DNA from: Eledone cirrhosa
Lineage: Eukaryota
Direction of reading: 5' to 3'
Assembly (NCBI GenBank): GCA_964016885.1
Contig: OZ024747.1
Span: 88,722,001 to 88,786,000 of the forward strand
DNA: 64,000 nt
The position numbers and the translations under genes are program-made. Positions 1 through 13,085 of the stretch are shown piece by piece (the first letter of the stretch is position 1; each line of letters starts with the position of its first letter). Below the pieces are notes generated by a model. That model made no database searches. It was not told where the DNA came from and saw only the letters and a program-made list of their open reading frames with translations.

Positions 1-137
1 TATCGCTATTTCAGAGCATTTATTCCAATTTCTAATTTCTGCCGGACCGGCAACCGCTCTTTCAAACCAGTTCCTGTACACAGCTAAGTATTCTATAAGT
101 CTCTAGCTGTGTCATTCTCGATAAAAGCACTGGATAT

Positions 138-180
138 GTAGTCCTGATGATTTCTAACGAGAATGAAACGCGTAGATTAC
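138..180 (+). ncRNA. Minimal type I hammerhead ribozyme motif
   Basis: gtagtc-CTGATGA-tttctaacgagaat-GAAA-cgcg-TA-gattac; stem I gtagtc/gattac, palindromic stem III, and an extra perfect 16-bp helix 114-129/187-202. Confidence 0.8.
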
Positions 181-337
181 TTCCCTTGCTTTTATCGAGA
201 ATCTAATTGTAATACGTGACGTATTCTATTCTATAGCGATTAGGTCTTCAAAATGTTTATTATAAACATACAGAATATTTTCGAATATTCTATGTCTATA
301 TTCACATATATATCGCTATTTCAGAGCATTTATTCCA

Positions 338-376
<39 letters not shown>

Positions 377-555
377 GAAAAATTGAACAGGGACAGAACA
401 GAGAGGCAGTACAATAAATGTTTATTAAATTCACGCTCAGGAGAGTGGGGGGTATATGCAATTTATCATTTGTAGATATGCATTTTATTAGCAACATGAC
501 CATCCTAAAATATAACATTTATACACATATATGTACCCATAACTACACACACACT

Positions 556-633
<78 letters not shown>

Positions 634-944
634 TAAATATGTGCGTGTGTGTGAGAGAGAGAGTGAGAGTGAGTGTGTGTATACAATTTATTCTACATAA
701 AATATACGTGGAGATGTATGTGATATGAATTTATACAAATTATAATTCAGAGGTGTATTCACACATTCTACGTTATTATTGAAATTTGAGATATTGTTCC
801 TCTGGTCGATTGGTGACACAATACATTCTTAGAAGAAGAAGAAGAAGAAGAAGAAGAAGAAGAAATCAAGACATATCAATTACGTTTTTTTAACACAGAT
901 GTTGCTGTATATATGGAGGAAAAAGTACATACGTTATGTATATG

Positions 945-1038
<94 letters not shown>

Positions 1039-1040
<2 letters not shown>

Positions 1041-1293
1041 GGCGCATGGCTTAGTGGTTAAAGCATTGGGCTTGCAATCGAAAGGTTGTGAGTTCAATTC
1101 TCGGACCGGGTGATGTGTTATTTCCTTGAGCAAGACACTTTATTTCACGTTGCTCCAGTTTACTCAGCTGTAGAAATGAGTACCGGCCTGCCAGCCCAGC
1201 CAGTGGGATGGCGTTATCTTATGGCTAAAACAGCACAACGTGCTGTGACCAGCGGAGCCAATTGACGCCCGACAGGCTGGTCGGTCAAGGTGA
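1039..1293 (+). mobile_element. tRNA-derived SINE (partial copy at ~7118-7228)
   Basis: A-box TGGCTTAGTGG and B-box GTTCAATTC, then a core ccttgagcaagacacttt...ctcagctgtagaaatgagtacc. Confidence 0.8.
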
Positions 1294-1323
1294 TATATAT
1301 ATATATATATATATATCACCTTG

Positions 1324-1364
<41 letters not shown>

Positions 1365-1368
1365 CTTG

Positions 1369-1424
<56 letters not shown>

Positions 1425-1432
<8 letters not shown>

Positions 1433-2688
1433 AGATCAAAAGATGGTTAAAGGAGTTCCATGTATTTTATTATGCGCATTTCAAAAACAAACATCATCAT
1501 GCAATAATATTTGTGTTTTCATCAGATAAAACAGGAGAACATGATATGAAGGCTAAAAAACACTTGTGGATAGTGCAGTTTTAAATCAACATATGAAAAG
1601 TGGTTTTAGATTGATGTGTGATATTGGGAAAAATATTTTATTTAGAGAGGGGGGGGTGGAAAGGATGAAAAAGGGGAGGAGATGAGAGGGAGAGATGGGT
1701 GATAGAGAGAAAGAGATAGTTTTTATAACTGAGAGAAGATATATTGTTTTACATAGAGAGGTTGAAAACCGTTGGAAGATAATGTATAAATTAAAAGAAT
1801 TTGAAAATTAACGAAGGGAAGATATGTACGAGGAAAAAATATTTTATTTAGGGAGGGGGGGGGTGAAAAAAGGGGGAGGAGATGAGAGTGAAGGTGGAGA
1901 GGGAGAGATGGGTGATAGAGAGAAAGAGATAGTTTTTATAACTGAGAAAAGATATATTGTTTTACATAGAGAGGTTTAGAACCGTTGGAAGATAATGTAT
2001 AAATTAAAAGAATTTGAAAATTAACGAAGGGAAATTATGTATGAAGATAGAGAGAAAAAATAATAATTGTGGATGAATATTCTAACGTCAAAAAAAGTGT
2101 ATGTTGATAAGTATTGTGGCAATTTCAAAATTAACGAAGAGAAAAAATTATTAAGGTTTGTGTGTAGAAGGATTTGAGAAAAATAATGTGAAGCTAAAGT
2201 TTGTATATTGAAGGAATTGATAATATGTGGGAATAAAGAGTTAATATGTATTAAGAATGAGTTCGTTGATGGGGAGAAAAATATATCTTCCCTTCGTTAA
2301 TTTTCAAATTCTTTTAATTTATACATTATCTTCCAACGGTTTTCAACCTCTCTATGTAAAACAATATATCTTCTCTCAGTTATAAAAACTATCTCTTTCT
2401 CTCTATCACCCATCTTGCCCTCTCATCTCCTCCCCTTTTTCATCCTTTCCACCCCCCACCCCCCTCTCTAAATAAAATATTTTTCCCAATATCACACAAC
2501 AATCTAAAACCACTTTTCATATGTTGATTTAAAACTGCACTATCCACAAGTGTTTTTTAGCCTTCATATCATGTTCTCCTGTTTTATCTGATGAAAACAC
2601 AAATATTATTGCATGATGATGTTTGTTTTTGAAATGCGCATAATAAAATACATGGAACTCCTTTAACCATCTTTTGATCTTATATTAT
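1425..2688. repeat. ~400-bp near-perfect inverted repeat (1425-1825 and 2283-2688) with an internal direct duplication; PLE pLTR-like
   Basis: Arms are reverse complements and each contains a hammerhead motif; 1630-1825 is repeated at ~1835-2035. Confidence 0.85.
2582..2648 (+). ncRNA. Minimal type I hammerhead ribozyme motif (inverted twin at 1465-1531 on the minus strand)
   Basis: ttttat-CTGATGA-long imperfect stem II-GAAA-tgcgca-TA-ataaaa. Confidence 0.7.
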
Positions 2689-2774
2689 GTATACTCCAGT
2701 CCTACAAACTGTAGAGTGCTTCTTATCCGATATCTGCATTGCTTTATTGTACTACAATAAGACTCACCTCCTAC

Positions 2775-2807
<33 letters not shown>

Positions 2808-2849
2808 CAAACAGATGTTGCTGTATATATGAAAGAAATAGCACACAGG

Positions 2850-2925
<76 letters not shown>

Positions 2926-5900
2926 TGAGAGAGAGAGAGAGAAATGGCTTCTACAGGACTAGAAGTGTTTATTTGGGATCGAAGCCGAGAATATGATTGC
3001 GAAGCGAACCTGACTATTTAGCCATGCTGTGTATACCGTGTAAAATAACGATAATGATTTCCCAGCAATAAACGTTCCCATCTCGCTGCAATAGGCTGTT
3101 TTAATCAATCTCACGACATAATCTCTTCGCATAATTAGCCTTCTTACCATGACAGTCATGTTAAACAAAACAACCTATTCTATTTATTTATTTTACTTAT
3201 TGTCTCTATAAACATTTCTGCTTTTAGTTCTTACCTTAATTTTCCACGCGATAAGACGTAATTATACAACGCATTTATCCGTGTTTAATGTAGCACAGAG
3301 ATATTTGCTTCACTTACCATTTCACACGCACACATGTATGTATATATATTTATATATCATGATTTTTGTTAATGTATGCGTCAGTGAGTGTATTTCTTCG
3401 TAAAAGCCAGTAGTGCTTTCTATCAGCTTCAAATATTCCCAATTAGAAATTCATTAATGATATCACCTCCTGTTTTGAACCATGAGAATTTTGTTTATTT
3501 TCTGCTTGATATATTATTGGGAATGTGCGAGAGCCTTAGAGTAATGACAGGGTCCTTTTGAGCAAAATTTTTACCCGAGGTTCAATTCTCTGTTCTCTCA
3601 TAGTTCACTAACAGTTCTCATCCTCCATTCAAAGTGAGAGCCTATATGTGGTTGCTTGTTTTACTAGAAATAGCATCTACCATCCCCTAATGCTTACTAA
3701 TTTAAAAAGGAAAAGGAAACATTTAGTCATTGATGCACTACGTCGTCCAGATTGACCCCCACTGCACTCCAGTGACCCATACTAAAGTTTAGTGATCCAC
3801 GAAGATGCTTATATCCTACTGTGTTGCTTAACTCAAAAGTAAATTTTATTTGGCTTTCCTCGTGAATTTTGAAGAAATAGCAGTCCGGCACTGAGTTTGA
3901 TTGTTCTTCTATGATTCTTTTTCTGTTCCTAACAAAATAAGGTAGAGGTTAACTTACGGTTGAAACATTTCCAATAAGTAATCCCTGGAGTATTGGATTA
4001 ACCTTATACTCTCAATCGTTCCTGAAAGTTAAGAAGGTATTGTACTAAGCTACTAAGTTAACCCGGTACTGTACTCACACACTTAAGTCACTTTCACACA
4101 AATATATGTATTACGTATATTGTTTATTCTATATTCTTGTTTAGGCGCATTCATGCATATATACATAACAGTTGATTTTAAATCAATAGTATATATAGTT
4201 TAAGATATCAATATCTACCTAACGCTCGAGAGAAAGTGACTTATACGATGGCTATATACAATATATTCACGACAAAATATTAATTTCCAATTTTAGCAAA
4301 AGACCAACAATTTGTAGGGAGGGAAATGTTGATTACATCGATCCCAGTTCATGATTGATACATTATCGAACCAGGAAGGATGAACAGCAAAGTTGAGCTC
4401 AGTGGGATTTGAACTCAGAACATAGAGAGCCAGAACAAACACTGTTAAACATTTGTCTGACGCTCTACTGATACTGCCAATCTAAAGCCCTTAAATAAAG
4501 ATTTCTACTATAGGCACAATGCCAGCAAGCTGAGTAGGAGGAGGGGTCGATTAAATCGACCCCAGTGCATTACTGGTGCTTTATTTTGTCGATCCTGTAA
4601 GGACAAAAGGCAAAGCTAACCTCAGCGGAATTTCAACTCACGGGATATTAACAATTAATAATTGTTTCTGATTTAGGCACAAGGCCACCAATTTGAAGGA
4701 GGGGGGGGGTCGATTAAATCGACCTCAGTGCATTATTGGTGCTTTATTTATCGATCCCGTAAGGATGAAAGGCAAAGCTAACCTCGGCAGGATTTGAACG
4801 CACGGGATATTGATAATAAAAAAGCAATGTCTATAGCCTTTATTTCCCTCTGATATGCTGTGAAGCCGATACGCCTGACAATAAACTGAATGTCTGTATT
4901 CCAAACAAGATTTTAACCCCCAGGAAGACGAGCTGGTTAATGTATCTCATACATAGTGGAAGATACAATTTCAATATATGTTACTCTGAATTGTTACATT
5001 AATGTATAATCTTCTGTAGAGATTGTACTGATCATGAGATAAGATTAGATAATTATCTCACGCCCTATTCACTTTATCAATAGTTGTAATCAAGACATCA
5101 CTGCTGTATAGTTAAAGTTATTGCCCGACGCCAGCTGTGATCGAGCAAACCTACCATCAAACATGTTCTAGTATTTAGCAACTCATTTTTTTTCAAGGCA
5201 TCGTGTATTTCGAACTGCATTATCCAAAGCCTTCTTCCTTTTTCTTTTAAACCGGCAGGGTGCAATGTCGTCCATGAAGATAACATTTTTAATAGATTAT
5301 ATTCCATTACAAATCTGATGTGGTTTGGGATTTTTAAAGTAATGGGTTTTTTATCTTTCTTGGTATATCTAATGGAGTGTCATTAATGATGTAGATGATA
5401 TCGTTGTTAACTACATTTCAGAGGAAATGAACAGGTAAAAACTTGGAGAATTCTACTATAACTTGGCATTGAGATATTTGCAAGTATGGTGAAAATAATA
5501 AGGCCGGAAAGACTTGGTAGAATTGTGACAAATATAGATTTATCGTTGAGCAAGGGGAAATATTCTAAACTTAAAGCGGATGTAGCATGAAATCAACCAA
5601 GAATTCTAAGCATTAATAACGTCATACGAGAGATCAAATAATGAGAATTAGATGTGCAGCTGGGATCAGCGATTCGTAAAGACTTAAGTAAACTCTAAAT
5701 GCAATAATTAGTTCTGAATTAAAAAAGAGAGAGAGAAATCGAAAAGTAAAATCAAATGTGTGTAGATTGTTTATCTTCTAAATCAAAACAGGTATGATAT
5801 GTAAAAACAGATCTAATGATAATATATTATGATAACTATTATGTGAAGTGCTACAACCAGAAACGTGTATGTGCTCATCTGAGGTTATCATATATTGGAA

Positions 5901-6693
5901 AGGAATGGACCGTCGTCGGTTTCAACGATGAAGGTTCCAGTTGTTTGATCAATGGAAAGGACTGTTTTTGAAATGTACGTTCTAGTGGCTGAGCCTTCTA
6001 CAGACACGTATATTCCTAACGTAATTCTCAGGGAGATTCAACCTAATGCAGTGTGTGACAAGGCTGGTCCTCTGTATTACATGTAGAATCCATTCGACGG
6101 GCTTACAAACAGTTTCCATCTAACCAATTTCACTCAAAGACATGGGTGAACCTGAGGCTATGGTAAATGACACATGCCAAAAATGCTACGCTGAGGGATC
6201 GAAACCGGAACCTAGTGATTACGAAGCGAACTCCTTGACCGTTCAACTTTCCTGCAACCACATCATATAGGAAGACAGTAGAATCCTTCATATCCACATA
6301 AAAATCAGGATGGTTATAGCAAGAATGCTTTTGACCAAAGCCTGCTTGATCAGAGTTGAGCTGGAATTAAACATTAACTGTAAAGAATTGTTTCTTGCAT
6401 AAGCACAAGGACAGAAATTTAATGAGATGGGTTAGTCGATTAAATATATCCAAGTTCTTGATTGGTAGTTTATCTTATCGACCCTGTAAAGATGAAAGGT
6501 AATGTTGACTGCAGCGGGTTTTGAACCAAGAACTTAAATAGCCAAAATATATAAAGCGACAGTTTTCAACCTTCTAGATGATTCTGCTTAATTTCATATT
6601 TCAAAACAATTTTCTCCTATTCTGCTGAAATTCGAATCATTAATATTCGAACCATTAATCTTTAGAAAGAACAGTGAGATTTCTATGCAAATA

Positions 6694-6790
6694 CAGGGTG
6701 TCCCAAAAAATGTATACACTTTGATTACTTGTAAGGCAATATTTATTAGAATGCTGTTGAAGTGTGTATGCATTTTTGGGGTACACCCTG
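6694..6790. mobile_element. Tc1/mariner-type MITE (second, truncated copy at ~32601-32697)
   Basis: TA|CAGGGTGTCCCAAAAAATGTATACAC ... GTGTATGCATTTTTGGGGTACACCCTG|TA. Confidence 0.8.
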
Positions 6791-7697
6791 TATGTATGAT
6801 AGATGTCGAGCTGTTTCAACAGGATCAATTCCCCAAATTATACAAATTATCCAAGGTAATATTTTTAGGGGACACTATGGTTGCTCATCTGACTAACAAA
6901 TTTCTATTTTTATTGTTACAAGAAAAGCAATTCTAAAGATGGTTTTCGAAATAATTATTATTGGTAATTTATAATTTGTTTAAAATTATACAAATTGCCA
7001 AATATAAAATCACAAAGCTGGCACTAATTTCTCTAGTTAGTTGTCTCTGTTCTACTCATTCACACTAAAGTTTATATTAGCTACAACTGTATGCATCGAC
7101 CCATGCACACACATGTGGAGGTGTGTGGCTTAATAGTTAGGATATTGGGCATACAAATGTAGAGTGATGAGTTCGATTCCTGAACCGAGTGATGTGATGA
7201 ATTCTTGAGTAAGACACTTTATTTCAAGAACAAATATTGCGACATCATTGGTGTCACTTTGTATTGACCTTTGTCACTCCCTTTGACATCGTTGGTGTGG
7301 AGAAGGAAACCTGGCATGCATGGGCGGCTGTTGGTTTTCCACAAAACATCCTATCCAGGCTTGTGCCTGGGTAAGGAGCCTCCCAAGTGCAAACCCATGG
7401 ACAGCCATGACCAAAAGGGAGTAAACACACACACACACATACACACGCACAGACAAAACCAAAATCTGACAGGCTTCACTTTACAAGACACTGGAACACA
7501 TACTGAAGCCATGCACTCTACCAATTTCTCCTCTTTGACACTCACACACACAACCACAGCCCTGCCACGCCTTACCCTCCACCCTGGCCCCTCAGTCTGG
7601 ACCTTTCATCCCCCCTCCCATATATATATATATATAATTTCCTTCCCTATCCTTCTCTAACTACTCTTACATGCATCTGTTTTCTCCTTATCCGAAC

Positions 7698-7733
7698 TTT
7701 CCTGAAGAAAGACTTCTGTCCGAAACGTTGAAA
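7698..7733 (+). ncRNA. Minimal type I hammerhead ribozyme motif
   Basis: tttc-CTGAAGA-aagacttctgtcc-GAAA-cg-TT-gaaa; AACGTT palindrome, short stems. Confidence 0.6.
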
Positions 7734-7813
7734 CCTCATCCACTTCAACCAAGTATAAACCTAATATAACTGTGTAAAACTTGCTTCCTGTGTTTTGTTT
7801 GTTCTATTAACTA

Positions 7814-8500
7814 CTAGCATTAAAGCCCGGCGTTGCTCGGGGTCATTAAGTTACCAAAGTTAGGTTGCACCACCCATTTTATGGCAGCACTTTTTTGTCT
7901 GCCAGGCACTGGGTGAATGAATTGCAGACCTGGAAGCAGGAGCTGCGCCAGCAGTGACAGTTGTAGTTTCGCCTATGGATATTATCTCTGTGCAAAAAAG
8001 TGTTGAAATTTATTGTTTCACAGTACTTGCGCAACACGCGCGTAGACGATGCCAGCCGAACAACAGAACTGCGATGGAGTTGTTCTGCATGGTTGTCTGT
8101 GTGTTTTCTAAATTTAAGACAGTAGGGAGGGTTGTGATATGAGGGAGAGTTAGCTGTTGTTTCTAGCAGGTTTAGTGACCTCATAGAGGATATGTGTTTT
8201 CTAAATTTAAGACAGTAGGGAGTGGTGTGATATGGGGGAGAGTTAGCTGCTGTTTCTAGCAGGTTTAGTAACCTCATAGAGGATATGTGTTTTCTAAATT
8301 TAAGACAGTAGGGAGTGGTGTGATATGGGGGAGAGTTGGCTGCTGTTTCTAGCAGGTTTAGTGACCTCATAGAAGATATGTTTTCTAAATTTAAGACATT
8401 AGGGAGGGGTGTGGTATGGGGGAGAGTTAGCTGCTGTTTCTAGCAGGTTTAGTGACCTCTTAGAGGATATTATTGTTTATCATTATCTATAAAAGGCAGA
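7814..8500 (-). mobile_element. Non-autonomous Helitron-like element containing a 93-bp tandem array
   Basis: Minus-strand terminus cccgagcaacgccgggc..tgCTAG|T at 7813-7842; possible TC start at 8500; right boundary uncertain. Confidence 0.5.
8101..8470. repeat. 93-bp tandem repeat, 4 copies
   Basis: Unit gtgttttctaaatttaagacagtagggag...ttctagcaggtttagtgacctcatagaggatat; explains the 31-aa periodic ORF 7879-8370. Confidence 0.92.
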
Positions 8501-8984
8501 TTGTTGTTGTTGTTGTTGAAGTGAGTGTGTGTTTGTATGCGTTTGGAAAAGAGGTTTTAAAAAAGATTTATCGCTTGTTGTTGAATAAATGTATCTGTAT
8601 AAAAGAGAAAGTAGCAAAATGTGTGGGTTGTAGTTAGAGGTAAGCAGATGATATGAGAGAGTAAAACGGACAGTATCACCATCAAGCTTGGAAAGAGAAA
8701 GTAGCAGAAAGTATGAAGTTGTATAGATTTTGAATGGTAGTGGAAAGAGTTTAGCAGTTTAAATGACAAAGAAAAATCGTAAAATATTGAGTTTTATCTA
8801 TTGTTTGCGTAATTGTGGGTGAAATTGAAAAGAATTATCTGTGCCAAGATGCAATCGAAGCTATTTCGAATACTGAATTGTAAATTTCAATTGAAGAAAT
8901 TCTATATCGTAGATTTCTATAAGAAAGGAGCATGACCACACACTAAGCTTTATAGATTATGATATATATATATATATATATGTG

Positions 8985-9094
<110 letters not shown>

Positions 9095-9589
9095 CACACA
9101 AATATACATAGTCACCCACAACAATGTGCAAATATTCTGTTTATGAAGTGACACTGTTTTGAAAAAAAATCTAATTATGAATAAAATTAATGAAACGGTC
9201 CCTAGAATGGTAAATATGCAAAGCTCGCAAAATCGAATACCGTAAATAACTAAATACCTATTATTTCTCTCAGCTGGAAGTCCTTTCAATTAGAATAGCC
9301 ATCATATGCTATTCATGTAATTTAATTGGGAATGTCAAAACAATGAGAAAATGAACAATACATCATTCTGCATACAACTCTATCCATAATATTTGTAGCA
9401 AAATTCTTCTGATGACGTGGATATTTAAGTTCATATATATATTGCCATTAAGGCCCACCACCCCCATCCCTTACACGCACACATTTTGTTTCACAAATAG
9501 AACAAAGACAGGGACAAGCTAACGATCCGATTGACAAGTGGTTTGACATGAACTTAGGCCCTTGACTAATTTATGTAGTATTTTCATAT

Positions 9590-9996
<407 letters not shown>

Positions 9997-9997
<1 letters not shown>

Positions 9998-10510
9998 TAT
10001 CTGGCCCGTCCGGCTGGCGGCCGGCTAGGTTTACCGGGCATTTTATCTTTTCAGGAATCCCCCTCCACTCGAATACAAAGATACTGCACGCCTCTCTCAA
10101 GTCAGCGAGGGTGGGAGGGGGAGGGGGGGTTAACGTGCTCTGATGTTGGGTTTGAATAGTTTTTAGGATTCCCCAGTTCAGCAGCCAGTACATTAAAGAA
10201 AATTGATAGTTACAACAATAAAGGCTGAACAGAGAACACATTTTTTAACAAACTTTACAATAATTTAGACAACCATAATGGAAATTCCAAGTAAGAGAAA
10301 AGACATAAATTACATTGTTAGAGCCTCAGAGTATACAATATTTTTTGTTCGGCCCTCGGGAGCAAAGATGAAGAGATTGTTTGGCAAGCTCCCCCTAGAG
10401 CATCCTACATATAATTGAACATTGGAGAAGCATGGTTTTCCCAGATGAAGGCCAGCCACTTTTAGGGTTTGACTCTGAGCTTTGTTGGTGGTAATCACGA
10501 AGCTTAGTCT
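9997..10510 (-). mobile_element. Helitron 3' fragment (PIF1-like helicase C-terminus and hairpin terminus)
   Basis: RLSFVITTNKAQSQTL..AGLHL..PCFSNVQLYVGCSR...TKNIVYSEAL (helicase motifs V/VI); GC-rich hairpin then gatagt (degenerate CTAG/T) at ~9997-10040. Confidence 0.8.
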
Positions 10511-10845
10511 CTCTGTTGCTCTAGTAACATTTTTTCTTCTAGAAAATTTGATCTTGCGGCCAGGCTGGGACATTTTGGGTGGCATATCGGCTGTAACAAT
10601 GACGATAGGCCGTCTGTGCTTTCGTGAAATAAATACGTTTGTCTATATTTTGTTTTTGTGTATACAAAAATATCTGTACACGAATATATAATTATATATA
10701 ATAATAATAATATTATTTATACTTATATATAAACTATATATAATTATAAACAGGAAAGGTCAGTATTTTTTTATTTTTTACCACCTTATTACCAGTATGA
10801 AAAATAGCTCAATGTAAATACATCAGATGTCTTACAGAGCAGGAA

Positions 10846-11289
10846 TACAAAGTACAGAACAATCAAAACTATGTTTAATACATTTTATTGCTGACAATCA
10901 TTTCTTCCAAACAGCCGTTTGGATCCATCGGAGCATTGGCAAAGCTTAAACATATAATTAACTACATAACATTTTTTGTACTACACAACAGCTTTACTCC
11001 TGCTTAGATTTTTCACTTAATTATTTATTTATCTGATCCACTCTCAGCGCATGCATCAACAAAACTTTGTATATGTATACTACACAAGTTGCTTCACAAT
11101 TTTCACCTTATATCCTACAATATAGCAACAATAATATCAACATATCTTTATGATTGTTCTGTAGAACAGGAATTTAATTATATGTTTAAGCTTTGCCAAT
11201 GCTCCGATGATTCCAAACGGCTGTTTGGAAGAAACGATTGTCAGCAATAAAATGTATTAAACATAGTTTTGATTGTTCTGTACTTTGTA
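10846..11289. repeat. ~115-bp inverted repeat with ~210-bp spacer, hammerhead-bearing
   Basis: 10846-10961 is the reverse complement of 11174-11289 with few mismatches. Confidence 0.85.
11200..11246 (+). ncRNA. Hammerhead motif with CCGATGA core variant (inverted, more degenerate twin at 10889-10935)
   Basis: tgct-CCGATGA-ttccaaac ggct gtttggaa-GAAA-cgattg-TC-agca followed by AATAAA. Confidence 0.7.
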
Positions 11290-12119
11290 ATTATATATAT
11301 ATATCAAAATAACAGATTAAAGTTTAAGCAAAGAATCGCTGCTTTCACCCTTAACGGGATTTTCTGAAACTAAAAAAATCAATCTGTGAACGCAGAAGTA
11401 AATATTTCGAAAAACGTTGCAGCCGAAGGAAAACACGAAGACGATACTGTGGTTCGTGAAGATGTTCCCTGGCAATGAACGGAAAAAAGCGAAGAAAATA
11501 CGTCAGCAATGAGAACAATATTTGCTCTAGGGTTCTTATATATTTGATATAAATTTATCCTTATCGAGCCCTCTTTGGATTTTAGTCTTCACATTTATTA
11601 TTATTATTACTAATTATATATATATATATATAATTAATTATTGAGAGGGCGTGCGGTATTTTTGCACTGAATTAATTAAAAGTTGGTTAGAAGCGAAGTC
11701 AATGCAGACAGGCAGCCAGACAGATAGATATTATAAGCGTGCGACGTTATAGCTATGTATCTAATGCAGACAGCCAGACATAGAGAGACATATTATAAGG
11801 GTACGACGTTATAGTTATGTATCTATCTAAAAAGACAGAGGAGAGAGAGGAATGTCGTATAACCACAAGTGTTGACATTTGAAAATTTTAAAGAAGTGAA
11901 TATTTAAATAAACGATAAAATATCTTTAATCTTTTAAACGAAATTTAGAAGACAAAAATACCCTCACTTTCTTACTTGGTGCAAATTTGACGAAAAGTTT
12001 GGCGAAAAGTTTGTTACATACTCACGGCCGTCAGCTTTATAATATATATATATATATATATCAAACTATATATATATATATCATACTATATATATATATA
12101 TATATATCATACTATATGC

Positions 12120-12178
<59 letters not shown>

Positions 12179-12183
12179 TGTGT

Positions 12184-12228
<45 letters not shown>

Positions 12229-13085
12229 CTATATATATTATGTAAAAATCCTGCCAAAAGCCAAGAAAAGCACAACAAACTTTGACATTAATTGCGTATA
12301 CAGGGCTATGTGAGATAATTATGTGAGATACAGCCTTTACTGTGAAAATACAATAGAACATATAGAGTAATGTAAATGCTAAAGGTTTAAATAACGAGAG
12401 AATTTAGAGATGTACATTTGAAGAAATAAAACAAACTTTCTCAGAAGTAGGAATGGTGTAGATGTAATGGAAATGTTAATATAAAATACATTTTCTATTA
12501 AAAGAAATGTGTAATATATATATATGACTGATACATAACAATGTAGTTATAAGGTGAAATAATGGTTTCTGATTTAGGCACAAGGCCAACAATTTTGGGG
12601 AGGGGAAAATCAATTAAATCGCCTCCCAGTTCATTACTGGTACTTTATCTTACCGATCTCATAAGGAGGAAAGGCAAAGTTTACCTCGGCGGGATTTTAA
12701 CATAGAACGTAAATGGTCATAACTCTGTGCCTCGAAGCATGTTGTCCAATGCTCTACCGATACTGTCAGACATGTTATGAAGCAGTGAAACTCTGGTAAA
12801 AATATTGATATAGAACTTTCAGGTATTTCTAACAAGATATCTATATTTTATACTTCTGCTTAACAAACAACCTCTTAAGTTCATTGCAGCAGTTAATTAT
12901 TATTTATTACTAAAACAGTATAAGTGAATGTAAAGAAAGAATAATTTATCACATGTTTACAGATTTCCTAAAAAGTGTAAATGATATACCAGAAGTATCA
13001 TTAATCCAATGAGTAGAGCTTAGTCTGAAGCACTCTTTAGTGATTAAAGCTATCTTATTTAACTCCAGGTCACACCTGATCCATA

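Noticed and set aside
1039-1110. tRNA gene
   Set aside because: A and B boxes are present but I could not fold a full cloverleaf; it continues into a SINE core and has dispersed decayed copies
7879-8370. 163-aa ORF with a 31-aa repeat
   Set aside because: By-product of the 93-bp tandem repeat; no recognisable domain
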